Origin: a virus
Direction: 5' to 3' (one strand)
DNA length: 64,000 bases
IMG/VR virus record: IMGVR_UViG_3300045003_000080
Span: 1-64,000 of that record
The position numbers and the translations under genes were made by a program. Shown here piece by piece: positions 27,485 to 35,862 of the stretch (position 1 is the stretch's first letter; every line of letters begins with the position of its first letter). Below the pieces are notes generated by a model. It did not search any database. It was not told the DNA's origin and was given only the letters and a program-made list of their open reading frames with translations.

Positions 27485-28000
27485 CTGGGGGAGGGTGGGC
27501 TACCTGCCGACCTAGACCCCACGTGTCTATTGGTTGATGGTCGGCGACTCCGGTTGCGGTCAACCGGAGGACAGAACCCTCACCCCCCTACGCGCCGCTC
27601 ACGGGGTGGGGGTTCTGTCGCGTTCCGCTTCCCCCCGCACACACAACGTGCTATTGTCGTATTGCTGGTCGGGTTGGTGCGAGTCAGACTCCCGACCCGC
27701 CAGTGTGACCGTCGCTCCTTTTCCACCCCCAAGGAAGCGCGCGATGGTTACTCACCGGAAGCCCTAATCCCGCCAGGATTACTTCCGGAACCTCCCCGGG
27801 CTCCCTCTCGACCCCCGAAGAGAGGGAGCCCTTTGGTGTCTGTGGCCTGTTTTCGGGAAACCGCCCCCAACCCCAACCGGCGATGCTACGGTGTGATTGC
27901 TGGTTCGGGGTGATGGCGCCGCACCGCCTCCCCCGGAAAGGTGTGGCCTGTCGCTCTCTCGGGGAGCACTGGTCACGGGCCCCGGATGGGGGGACACTGT
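27404..28000 (+). ncRNA. candidate cluster of small structured RNAs starting GCUGGU
   Basis: Three TGYTAYNRT extended -10 motifs, each followed 4-5 nt later by TTGCTGGT and stem-loops. Confidence 0.4.
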
Positions 28001-28195
28001 CCAGGGCCGCACATGGCCCCCTCCCCGACGACCGAGGAGGGGGCCTTCGCACACCACGAATGTGCTACCGTATGACTGTTCCCCGCCCCTTCGACGTTGT
28101 GAAAAGGGCGGGGGGCTTGGGATATGCCGCGCACCGGCCCCCCCGCTCCTGGATCAGCGAGGGGGCCACACGCATCCGTGCGGGAGGTCAACACC

Positions 28196-28822
28196 ATGAC
28201 GACGTCGACCCTCACCCCTGCCTACACCGAACTCGCCGCCAACCTCAAGCACCTCGACGACACCCGCAAGGCCACCAAGGCATTACGACGCCTCTGGGTG
28301 CTGTCCAACGCAACCTGTTGGCGCTGCAAAAAGCAGATCAAACTGTCGAAGGCCACCCGCGACCACATCATCCCCCGTGCGCTCGGTGGCACGAACAAGC
28401 CCTCCAACCTGCGTTTAGCTTGCTACCCCTGCAACAACGGGCGCGGCAGTCAGCTGCCCGACCGTCCCGTTCCCGATCCTGTAGCTGGCGTCCCGGGCTT
28501 CCTCGCCTCTCACGGCAAGCTTCCACGGGGGGGCGCGAGAGACTACAACACGGTGGCGAAGTTGTACCGGGTGCGAGGCGGCAGGTGCTGGTTGTGCGAC
28601 GACCCGGTCCTGATCGACGAGGTGTGCCGTTCACGCATCGACATAACTAAGGGCTGGGCGATGGCGAACCTGCGCCTGGCGCACTGGGCGTGTGAGGCGC
28701 GGCGCGGCAAGACGAACAACGCGTGGAAAACGCATCTTTGGCGGTCACGCGCAGCTCGGCCGGCTGTCCGGTTGCGGGTGCGGCGTCGTGCCGCCCACCT
28801 CAAGACTCGTGTTATCGTATGA
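28196..28822 (+). CDS. HNH endonuclease with a second, degenerate HNH domain
   Basis: CWRC...TRDHIIP...NLRLACYPCN; second CWLC...NLRLAHWAC. Confidence 0.88.
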   Translation: MTTSTLTPAYTELAANLKHLDDTRKATKALRRLWVLSNATCWRCKKQIKLSKATRDHIIPRALGGTNKPSNLRLACYPCNNGRGSQLPDRPVPDPVAGVPGFLASHGKLPRGGARDYNTVAKLYRVRGGRCWLCDDPVLIDEVCRSRIDITKGWAMANLRLAHWACEARRGKTNNAWKTHLWRSRAARPAVRLRVRRRAAHLKTRVIV

Positions 28823-29042
28823 ACGCACTGCACGAGGTGCTGGGCAAGTAGCGCCCAAGTCGGCCCTTCCCCCCGGACCGGGAAGGGCCGACACCACAAC
28901 CAGTGCTCTCCCCAGCCTTCTCACGACACCCATACTGTCTCCGGGAGAGCACCCCAAACCGGGCGCGGCTCTCCGGACTCTTTTCGACACCCCGTGATGC
29001 TGCGAGAGCCGCACCCACCCCCATCAGTAGTATCATCCGCTC

Positions 29043-29423
29043 ATGCCCACTCCCCGTGAACGGCTCATCGCCACAATCGTCGAAGCCCTCCGCGACACCA
29101 CCGAACTCGGCTACGAAGACCGCGCCGAACGCATCCTCAGCGCATTGATTCAGCCAAGCCTCCACGACTACGCCCTCACCGTGCTCGCCTCCTCCGACGA
29201 AGCACTCGGCACCCACCTCGACCTCCTCGAAGAGTGGTACCGGTGGTGGACCAACCCCGAGTACCTCTCGGCGACCCTCCCGAACAAGCTCCACAGCCGC
29301 ACCTGGACCGCGCTCGCCGTCGCCGGCCGCAACACCGTCATGGACGAATGCCGCCACATCATCGGCGACAACCAACCAGTTGACACGAACACGCCCACCA
29401 GCGACGACCCCGCCCCCGAGTGA
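29043..29423 (+). CDS. hypothetical protein (leaderless)
   Basis: TATCAT 6 nt before the ATG. Confidence 0.7.
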   Translation: MPTPRERLIATIVEALRDTTELGYEDRAERILSALIQPSLHDYALTVLASSDEALGTHLDLLEEWYRWWTNPEYLSATLPNKLHSRTWTALAVAGRNTVMDECRHIIGDNQPVDTNTPTSDDPAPE

Positions 29424-30289
29424 GTACACACGTGGACGCAACCACCACCCAAATACACGACTACTTCGACAACAACACCACCGAATGGGACCGGCTACGC
29501 AACGACATCCCCGGCCGGGTCTCCCACGAAATCCACCGACGCTTCCTCGACGAACACCTCACCCCAGGCATGCGCGTCCTCGAAATCGGCGCCGGCCCCG
29601 GCACGTTCACCCACCACCTCGCCCAAGCCGGCGCGAAAATCGTCGTCACCGACCTCTCCCGTCGGCAACTCGCCGAGAACCAACGCCGCATCACCGAAGC
29701 CAGCCTCGCCCACAACATCACCGCCTGGCGCACCGCCGACATACGCGACCTGTCCCACTTCCCCACCAGCGCATACGACCTCACCCTCGCCTACGGAGGA
29801 CCCCTCTCCTACGTCTTCGAAGACGCCCCGGTCGCGATGGCCGAACTACTACGCGTCACCCGCCCCGGAGGAACAGTCGTCGCCTCCGTCATGTCCACAC
29901 TCGGCGCCCACCGCTACTACATGCGCGCCGTCATCGAAGAAACCCTCGGACACGGCACCGACATCACCGACAAAATCTGGCGCACCGGCGACCTACGCCC
30001 CATCCAACCCACCGGCCACGTCTGCCAAATGTACCGAGCCGACCAGATCCTCGACCTCGTCGCACACGCCGGCGCCGAAACCACCGCGATCAGCGCGTCG
30101 AACTGGGCGTCACTCGCCGACCCCGACGCCCTCGCGCGACTCGAAGCCCACCCCCACCACTGGGCGCGGTTCCTCGACAACGAAGCGTGGGCGTGCCGCC
30201 AGCTCGGCGCCCTCGACGGAGGCACCCACATCCTTTTCGCCGCCCGGCAGGCAACCAAATCGACGAAAACCGTCAACGCATTGCCATGA
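29420..30289 (+). CDS. class I SAM-dependent methyltransferase
   Basis: VLEIGAGPG, VTDLS, ADIRDL, LLRVTRPGG. Confidence 0.92.
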   Translation: MSTHVDATTTQIHDYFDNNTTEWDRLRNDIPGRVSHEIHRRFLDEHLTPGMRVLEIGAGPGTFTHHLAQAGAKIVVTDLSRRQLAENQRRITEASLAHNITAWRTADIRDLSHFPTSAYDLTLAYGGPLSYVFEDAPVAMAELLRVTRPGGTVVASVMSTLGAHRYYMRAVIEETLGHGTDITDKIWRTGDLRPIQPTGHVCQMYRADQILDLVAHAGAETTAISASNWASLADPDALARLEAHPHHWARFLDNEAWACRQLGALDGGTHILFAARQATKSTKTVNALP

Positions 30290-30493
30290 ACGCGCAGGTC
30301 AACGCGGGTTTTGCAGAAACCGACGACGAAGCAGTGTGACCGTTCCTCGCCGTACGCCCTTGACCTGCGTAAACGCTTTGTGAGGCCCCAGCGTTTAACG
30401 TCCACACGTTGACTTGTGGCCTAAAAATCAATAGGCTAAAGGGGAGGGCGGGCGGAGACACTAACATTGTGGGGGTCAAAAACGGGCCCCAAA

Positions 30494-30509
30494 ATTGGTC
30501 TAGACCAAG
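30494..30509. promoter_or_regulatory. DasR/GntR-HutC-type operator (dre-like)
   Basis: Perfect 14-bp palindrome TTGGTCTAGACCAA in an intergenic region. Confidence 0.6.
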
Positions 30510-30554
30510 TATAGCAGATGGCTGATATACCCAGGTTGCGCGTATGATCACAGC

Positions 30555-30944
30555 ATGGGCCGTCCCCGTATCCACCCGAAACCCACCACCCTGCGCGCCA
30601 GTGTGAACTACCTGGTGCCCTGGGACCGCGACGGCAACCTGTTGCGTAACACCAAAGGGTTGCCACGCGACCAGGTCGTGTGGCGGATGAACGCCCAGTT
30701 CAAAGCCACGTTACGGCCAGTGTCGATCCACTGGACCGAGTACGAAACGTCGGGCAACCAGCACGACTGGTACGAGTTCCGCGACTACTACGACCACGTG
30801 TACCCGATGTTCCGGGACCAGGTCGACGAGCTGCGCGCTACCGGGCACGGCGACCGGCCGTCGGTGTACGGGATCTGGGACGTCGCCAAAGCGGCGTCCG
30901 ACGGGGTCCTGTTTTTCGGGGTGCGGCTGGTGGCGATCCTGTGA
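30555..30944 (+). CDS. hypothetical protein (leaderless)
   Basis: TATGAT 6 nt before the ATG. Confidence 0.7.
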   Translation: MGRPRIHPKPTTLRASVNYLVPWDRDGNLLRNTKGLPRDQVVWRMNAQFKATLRPVSIHWTEYETSGNQHDWYEFRDYYDHVYPMFRDQVDELRATGHGDRPSVYGIWDVAKAASDGVLFFGVRLVAIL

Positions 30945-31273
30945 CGTACGAGGAACGCGACGAGAAGTCCGGTGCCCCGCATTGCGATCCGTCTGTTCTC
31001 CACCCGCCAACGGTTTGCCGCTACTGTGATATGTATCCGGATTGGCAGGCGATGCGGGAACGCGCCCGGATCAACTACACCGGCGAGAACGACCCCGACA
31101 AGGCGCCGTGTCCGAGCCTGTATTTCCGGTCGGCGCAGCGCCGCGACCAGTGGGGTGGTAACCGGGCTGTCCCACACGGGCAGCAGCCGCCACCCATGTG
31201 GACGTGGGGCATGTCGCGGCCTGCCGACGATGACGATCCGCCTCGTCGGCGCAGGTGGTGGCGTGGTGCCTGA
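30941..31273 (+). CDS. hypothetical protein
   Basis: GTGA coupling; HCD...H...CRYC. Confidence 0.65.
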   Translation: MTYEERDEKSGAPHCDPSVLHPPTVCRYCDMYPDWQAMRERARINYTGENDPDKAPCPSLYFRSAQRRDQWGGNRAVPHGQQPPPMWTWGMSRPADDDDPPRRRRWWRGA

Positions 31274-31472
31274 CGTCACGATCGAGTTCTTCGGTGGGCC
31301 GCTCGACGGGCAGGTCACCGACTGGTTCGACCCGGTGCGGCCTGTGTACTCTTTCGCGCCGAACAGGATGAACCACAAGTATGTGCGCGCCGGCACGCAG
31401 GTCGTGGGGCGCCCGGTCCGGTACCAGTACGTCGGCATGGTCACGGGCGACGAGGCGATGCGTGGGGAGTAA
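31266..31472 (+). CDS. small hypothetical protein
   Basis: FFGGPLDG motif common in small phage proteins. Confidence 0.6.
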   Translation: MPDVTIEFFGGPLDGQVTDWFDPVRPVYSFAPNRMNHKYVRAGTQVVGRPVRYQYVGMVTGDEAMRGE

Positions 31473-31513
31473 CACGTTGCCACACAAACCAGTTGAGTCG
31501 TATCATCCTACGC

Positions 31514-31978
31514 ATGAGTAAGGCTGCTCGACCCATCACCCTCGTCCGAGCGATCTGCACCAGCACCGCCTGCCCCTCCCAGTGGGACGCCTGGGACGCC
31601 GAAGGCCGCTACTACTATCTGCGCTACCGACACGGCTACGGCAGCGTCGAATCAGCCGAAAGCGAAGAGGTCTGGGACAAGCGCTTCGAAAACCTGCAGT
31701 GGGACGAACAGGAGAAGGTCTGGCGCGGCGAAGACCCCGTCACCCTCGAAGCCACCTTCGAACACGGCCACCCCCTCGACGGCCACATCAGCCTCGAAGA
31801 CTTCGCGCAGCTCGCCGGCATCACCCTCGCCGCCAACCTCGACACCACCGGGTTTTGGCGGCATATCCACAACCAGCTCAGCGAAGAGTTCAAGGACGAC
31901 CCGGGCGCACTCGCCCGAGCCGACCAACTCCTGGGCGGCATCGATCTCGACACCGGCGAAGCCATATCCACCAATTGA
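31514..31978 (+). CDS. hypothetical protein (leaderless)
   Basis: ACPSQWDAW...YLRYRHG; TATCAT 7 nt upstream. Confidence 0.75.
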   Translation: MSKAARPITLVRAICTSTACPSQWDAWDAEGRYYYLRYRHGYGSVESAESEEVWDKRFENLQWDEQEKVWRGEDPVTLEATFEHGHPLDGHISLEDFAQLAGITLAANLDTTGFWRHIHNQLSEEFKDDPGALARADQLLGGIDLDTGEAISTN

Positions 31979-32026
31979 CAATCCTCGGCGCCTGCGAGAT
32001 CCTCCGGTTGACTCGTCTCCCCGGAG

Positions 32027-32233
32027 GTGCTGGTGCCGGACTTGACGTATCTCTTCACGATCCGGCAGATCGCCGAGTTCTTCGACGTCCCAGCCCAGCC
32101 CCTGTACCTGGCAGCCTCACGGGGGAAGGTACCCCGGTACGGGCGACGCGGCGACTACCGGTACGACCTCGAGGATTTCTACCCGTTAATACAGGGCCTC
32201 GCGCGGCGTCTCGCCGATCTTGACAGCGCATGA
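32027..32233 (+). CDS. small HTH (excisionase/MerR-like) protein
   Basis: TIRQIAEFFDVPAQPLY...RGKV...YRYDL. Confidence 0.55.
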   Translation: MLVPDLTYLFTIRQIAEFFDVPAQPLYLAASRGKVPRYGRRGDYRYDLEDFYPLIQGLARRLADLDSA

Positions 32234-32473
32234 CCACACGTTGATAATTTCTGACTGACCCCGTGTGCCTTGTCCCGGGAGGCGTCATGCCTGTGCGCGC
32301 CTCGAAAGATGGCCGGCTGCCCTGGGGTGTCGTGGACTGGTCGCACGCACCGATGGCTCGGATGGGGATCTCCGGCCTGTGTGTGCACTGTGGGGAGCCC
32401 GCGTACCTTCGCCACCCGTTGACGAACCAGCCGTGTCACAAAGTCTGTGACGACGTGTATGATCGTCATACAC

Positions 32474-32554
32474 GGCAGGTTGCCCGAGCGGCCAATGGGA
32501 GCGCGCTGTAAACGCGTCGCGAAAGCTACCCAGGTTCGAATCCTGGACCTGCCA
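32474..32554 (+). tRNA. tRNA-Tyr(GTA)
   Basis: Cloverleaf with long variable arm; loop CT-GTA-AA. Confidence 0.92.
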
Positions 32555-32555
32555 C

Positions 32556-32626
32556 GTCCGAGTGGCCGAGAGGCAAGGCAGCAGCCTGCAAAGCTGCGTA
32601 CGCGGGTTCGAATCCCGCCTTGGACT
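32556..32626 (+). tRNA. tRNA-Cys(GCA)
   Basis: Loop CT-GCA-AA; U73 discriminator. Confidence 0.9.
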
Positions 32627-32631
32627 CCCCT

Positions 32632-32706
32632 GGGCGTGTAGAGCCAACTGGTAGAGCAGCGACGCTTAAAACGTTGTGGTTGCCGGTTCGAATCCGGCCG
32701 CGCCCA
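32632..32706 (+). tRNA. tRNA-Leu(TAA), bldA-type anticodon, weak D-stem
   Basis: Loop CT-TAA-AA; T-arm GCCGG-TTCGAAT-CCGGC; short variable loop. Confidence 0.75.
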
Positions 32707-32707
32707 C

Positions 32708-33277
32708 ATGAACACCCTGACAGCGAACATCAACATCGCGAAAGCACTCGCGGCCAGTGAGCATCCCTACGCGCGCGGCAAAATCATCAGCGACGACCCG
32801 AACGCCCCCAACGGCGCCGGCTCGCCCGAAGGTATTGACTACGTCATCCTGCCCGACCGGTCCGTGCAGTGCAGTGTCGGCTGGTCCCCGCACGTCCAGG
32901 ACGGCGTCATCACTCACTTCTACCAGGACGACAACCAGGTCGAAGGCATCCTCTACGACGTCCCCGAGTTGAACCACCACCCCACCGTCCTAACCAACCT
33001 GCCCGACGGCTCACCGGTGCGCGTCGACAGGGACATCGCCCACATCCTCAAGGCACTGTGGGCGCAGGGCGTCGAAACGTTCGCGTCCTGCCAAGGCGGC
33101 TGCCCCGGTGACGGCAGGCCGGCGAACCTCGCGATGATCGGCTACTACACCTGCGACGAGAACACGGTGCGCGAGTTCTTCAAAGACTTCCCGTACGCCG
33201 AGTTCGAGGATGGCGGCTTCAACACCCGGTTCGTCTGGTTCCAGACGCCCCTCCCGTGCCCGGCGTGCACCCCATGA
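32708..33277 (+). CDS. hypothetical protein
   Basis: C-terminal VDRDIAHIL...GVETFASCQG motif. Confidence 0.7.
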   Translation: MNTLTANINIAKALAASEHPYARGKIISDDPNAPNGAGSPEGIDYVILPDRSVQCSVGWSPHVQDGVITHFYQDDNQVEGILYDVPELNHHPTVLTNLPDGSPVRVDRDIAHILKALWAQGVETFASCQGGCPGDGRPANLAMIGYYTCDENTVREFFKDFPYAEFEDGGFNTRFVWFQTPLPCPACTP

Positions 33278-33325
33278 ACGGCGCTGGGCAGAAGTATCAC
33301 ACCCCGCGATAGTACGATCCGACGT

Positions 33326-33973
33326 ATGGATGACTTTCCCCGCCTCGAACTACGCACCAAACGCCTCATCCTCACCACCGACGCCGCCCACCTGCTCGAA
33401 CTGGCCGAACTCGCACGCGCCGGCATCCACGACCCCGAAGTACAGCCCTTCAGCACCATGTGGACCGACGTCACCCCCGACGAGCGCCTCGAATCAGTCA
33501 TCGACTGGCACCGCACCCGACGCGAAACCTGGGACGAAAACGACTGGACCCTGCCGTTCTTCGTCCTGCACGCTGGCGCCGTCATCGGCACCCAATCCAT
33601 CAGCGCCGACAACTTCGCGATCCTGCGCACCGTACGCACCGGATCATGGCTCGGACAACGCCACCAGGGCCAAGGGTTCGGCACCGAAATGCGCACCGCC
33701 ATCCTGCACTTCTCGTTTGTCCTGCTCGGCGCCTACTACGCCATGACCAGCGCCCACGACAACAACGCCGCATCCAACGGGGTGTCACGGAAACTTGGCT
33801 ACCGGCACAACGGAATCAGCCGCGTCGTCGTACGGGGCGGCCCCGTCACCGTGCGGCACTACATCATGACGTACGCCGACTGGGAAGGCCGCGAATCGGA
33901 CATCGCCATCGAAGGCGACCTCAACGCGCTCACACGCGCATGCGGTGTCCCCCCCCACGGCACCCTACGATGA
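33326..33973 (+). CDS. GNAT acyltransferase (RimJ/RimL-like; leaderless)
   Basis: LRTKRLIL, HQGQGFGTEM, NAASNGVSRKLGY. Confidence 0.92.
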   Translation: MDDFPRLELRTKRLILTTDAAHLLELAELARAGIHDPEVQPFSTMWTDVTPDERLESVIDWHRTRRETWDENDWTLPFFVLHAGAVIGTQSISADNFAILRTVRTGSWLGQRHQGQGFGTEMRTAILHFSFVLLGAYYAMTSAHDNNAASNGVSRKLGYRHNGISRVVVRGGPVTVRHYIMTYADWEGRESDIAIEGDLNALTRACGVPPHGTLR

Positions 33974-34246
33974 TCGTGTGCGCGTAGAACAACACCATTA
34001 CATCTCCACCGCCTGCCAACACGGCATCCACACCCGGTGCGCCCGCACCTGCAAATTCTGCGACGCACCCTGCCGATGCGGCTGCGACCACGACGAACGC
34101 GACGACGAGGAACTACATGAAGCGCTCGCCCGGTTCCTCTGGGAAAACGACGCCTGGAACGACCTGACCTCGCACCCGCGAGAACTCGCCGACCAGATCG
34201 TCGGGTTCCTGTGCCGCATCCCCCCGTCCTGCCGGTAGGAGGATGC

Positions 34247-34438
34247 GTGCGCCTGATCGTCACCAACGGCGCCCAGGCAGTCGACATCACCGTCAAAGGC
34301 GGCGGCGTTAAAGCATTGATACGAGCCGAGAAGGTCGCGCGCCGACTCATGCGGCAATCCGCGAAGACGGCTGCCACCACCCAGCCGTTCGGGTTCACCG
34401 TCCGCTCCGACACCGCACTCGCCGACACCGACGAATAA
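34247..34438 (+). CDS. small hypothetical protein
   Basis: AGGAGG RBS, GTG start. Confidence 0.55.
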   Translation: MRLIVTNGAQAVDITVKGGGVKALIRAEKVARRLMRQSAKTAATTQPFGFTVRSDTALADTDE

Positions 34439-34440
34439 GT

Positions 34441-34469
34441 GTGACGACCCCCGGGATTCGTGGTATAAG
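34441..34469 (+). promoter_or_regulatory. candidate promoter for the peptide genes
   Basis: GTGACG-17 nt-TATAAG with TG extension. Confidence 0.5.
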
Positions 34470-34499
34470 AGTGGTGTCAGTTCCTTCCAGAGGAGCGCA

Positions 34500-34664
34500 G
34501 TGACACCACCCACCCCTACCGAGGCTGCCGTGATCACGCGGATCCCGGACGTGCTGGGGCAGCCCCTCGGCAAGCCGACGCCCGCCACTGCGGCGATCCG
34601 CGACAGGATCCTGCAGAAGAAAAGCACCGAAGTACCAGTCGCCGCCTTCCAATCGTCGATCTAG
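34500..34664 (+). CDS. FxSxx-COOH family precursor-like peptide 1 (54 aa)
   Basis: MTPPTPTEAAVITRIPDVLGQPLGK...EVPVAAFQSSI*; GAGGAG RBS. Confidence 0.85.
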   Translation: MTPPTPTEAAVITRIPDVLGQPLGKPTPATAAIRDRILQKKSTEVPVAAFQSSI

Positions 34665-34672
34665 AGGTTGAC

Positions 34673-34852
34673 ATGTCAGCCGCCACCGAAACCCCCATCC
34701 CGTCGCAGGTCGTCGACCTGCGCCAAACGCCGCTCCGCCAACTCGTCAGCGACCGCGAACCCGGCAAAGCGGCCCGCGACGCAGTCGCACGAATCGCGCC
34801 CCCCGACCAGACATCAAAGGTCCCAGTCGCCGCCTTCAACTCATCCCTGTAG
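34673..34852 (+). CDS. FxSxx-COOH family precursor-like peptide 2 (59 aa)
   Basis: MSAATETPIPSQVVDLRQTPLRQL...KVPVAAFNSSL*; GAGG RBS. Confidence 0.88.
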   Translation: MSAATETPIPSQVVDLRQTPLRQLVSDREPGKAARDAVARIAPPDQTSKVPVAAFNSSL

Positions 34853-34861
34853 GAGCCGCAC

Positions 34862-35068
34862 GTGACCACCCTCGACGAAACCCCCGTCGCCGCATCGTCG
34901 ACCGAAGAGATGTGGGGCACGCCGGAAACATGGCGAATGCCAGACGCGGGCGACACGCCTCTCGGCCAAGCTGGCACGGGAGAACAGCGTGACGCCGTCG
35001 CGCGACTCGTCCGGAAAGACAAGGGCAGCAGCGCCGTCCCGGTCGCCGCGTTCAACGCCTCACTGTAA
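34862..35068 (+). CDS. FxSxx-COOH family precursor-like peptide 3 (68 aa, FNASL variant)
   Basis: ...MPDAGDTPLGQ...RDAVARLV...AVPVAAFNASL*; AGGAG RBS. Confidence 0.8.
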   Translation: MTTLDETPVAASSTEEMWGTPETWRMPDAGDTPLGQAGTGEQRDAVARLVRKDKGSSAVPVAAFNASL

Positions 35069-35078
35069 ACAGCACAAC

Positions 35079-35152
35079 GGGCCTATAGCTCAACCCGGCA
35101 GAGCACCTGCTTTGCAAGCAGGGGGTTCGGGGTTCAACTCCCCGTGGGTCCA
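35079..35152 (+). tRNA. tRNA-Ala(TGC)
   Basis: G3-U70 pair; loop TT-TGC-AA. Confidence 0.93.
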
Positions 35153-35228
35153 CGGGACGGTGCGGCCACGCTCCGGGAGCAGACGCCGCGCAAGCGGCCC
35201 CACGAGCTGCTGAAATGTGGGTGGCAAC

Positions 35229-35303
35229 GCCCTGTTAGCTCAGCCGGCCGAGAGCGGCTCCCTCGTAAGGAGCAGGTCCGGGGTTCGACTCCCCGACGGG
35301 GCT
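35229..35303 (+). tRNA. tRNA-Thr(CGT)
   Basis: Loop CT-CGT-AA. Confidence 0.9.
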
Positions 35304-35356
35304 CGTGGTACTGTAGGATTACATCAAGCGGTGAGGGCGAAAGCCCGGCCGCCCGG

Positions 35357-35430
35357 TGCGGGGTGGCGCAGCTCGGTAGCGCGAAGGGCCCATAACCCTT
35401 GTGTCGCAGGTTCAAATCCTGCCCCCGCCA
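35357..35430 (+). tRNA. initiator tRNA-fMet(CAT)
   Basis: 1:72 mismatch, three G-C pairs closing loop CC-CAT-AA. Confidence 0.9.
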
Positions 35431-35529
35431 CTAAGGCGCCGTCCCTCTTGGCCCGTGGGGATTCAACGCCGACAAAGCCTGAGGTCCGAACTCAGTGCGC
35501 GCCCCGCAAGGGGAAACGGGCCTGCCAAA

Positions 35530-35604
35530 CGGAACGTGGGGTAGCCCGGCCGCCCGCCAGCTTTGGGAGCTGGTTCTACGCAGGTTCGAATCCTGCCGTT
35601 CCGA
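35530..35604 (+). tRNA. tRNA-Pro(TGG)
   Basis: C1-G72; loop TT-TGG-GA. Confidence 0.88.
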
Positions 35605-35618
35605 CAACAACTTGATAT

Positions 35619-35693
35619 GGCCCTATAGCCCAATTGGCAGTAGGCGACGGTCTGAGGGGCCGTACAGTGCAGGTTCGAGTCCTGCTAGGGCCA
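35619..35693 (+). tRNA. tRNA-Leu(GAG), short variable loop
   Basis: Loop CT-GAG-GG; A73. Confidence 0.85.
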
Positions 35694-35694
35694 C

Positions 35695-35767
35695 GCTGAT
35701 GTGGCCCAGTCGGTAGGGCGTCTCCTCGCCATGGAGAAGGTCACGGGTTCGATCCCCGTCATCAGCT
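35695..35767 (+). tRNA. tRNA-Gly(GCC)
   Basis: Loop TC-GCC-AT; U73. Confidence 0.88.
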
Positions 35768-35771
35768 CTAT

Positions 35772-35846
35772 GGTCCCGTGGAGCAGCTTGGAGTGCTCGA
35801 CTGCCCGTCAAGCAGTAGGTCGCGAGTTCGAATCTCGTCGGGACCG
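35772..35846 (+). tRNA. tRNA-Asp(GTC)
   Basis: Loop CC-GTC-AA; G73. Confidence 0.9.
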
Positions 35847-35862
35847 CTCTACACTGGTTGAT

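Noticed and set aside
35619-35693. Short variable arm in Leu tRNAs as a sign of recoding
   Set aside because: Short-armed tRNA-Leu species are known in Actinobacteria, so this alone is not evidence of altered identity.
35134-35860. Protein ORFs across the tRNA clusters (also 32179-32736)
   Set aside because: They overlap well-formed tRNA genes.
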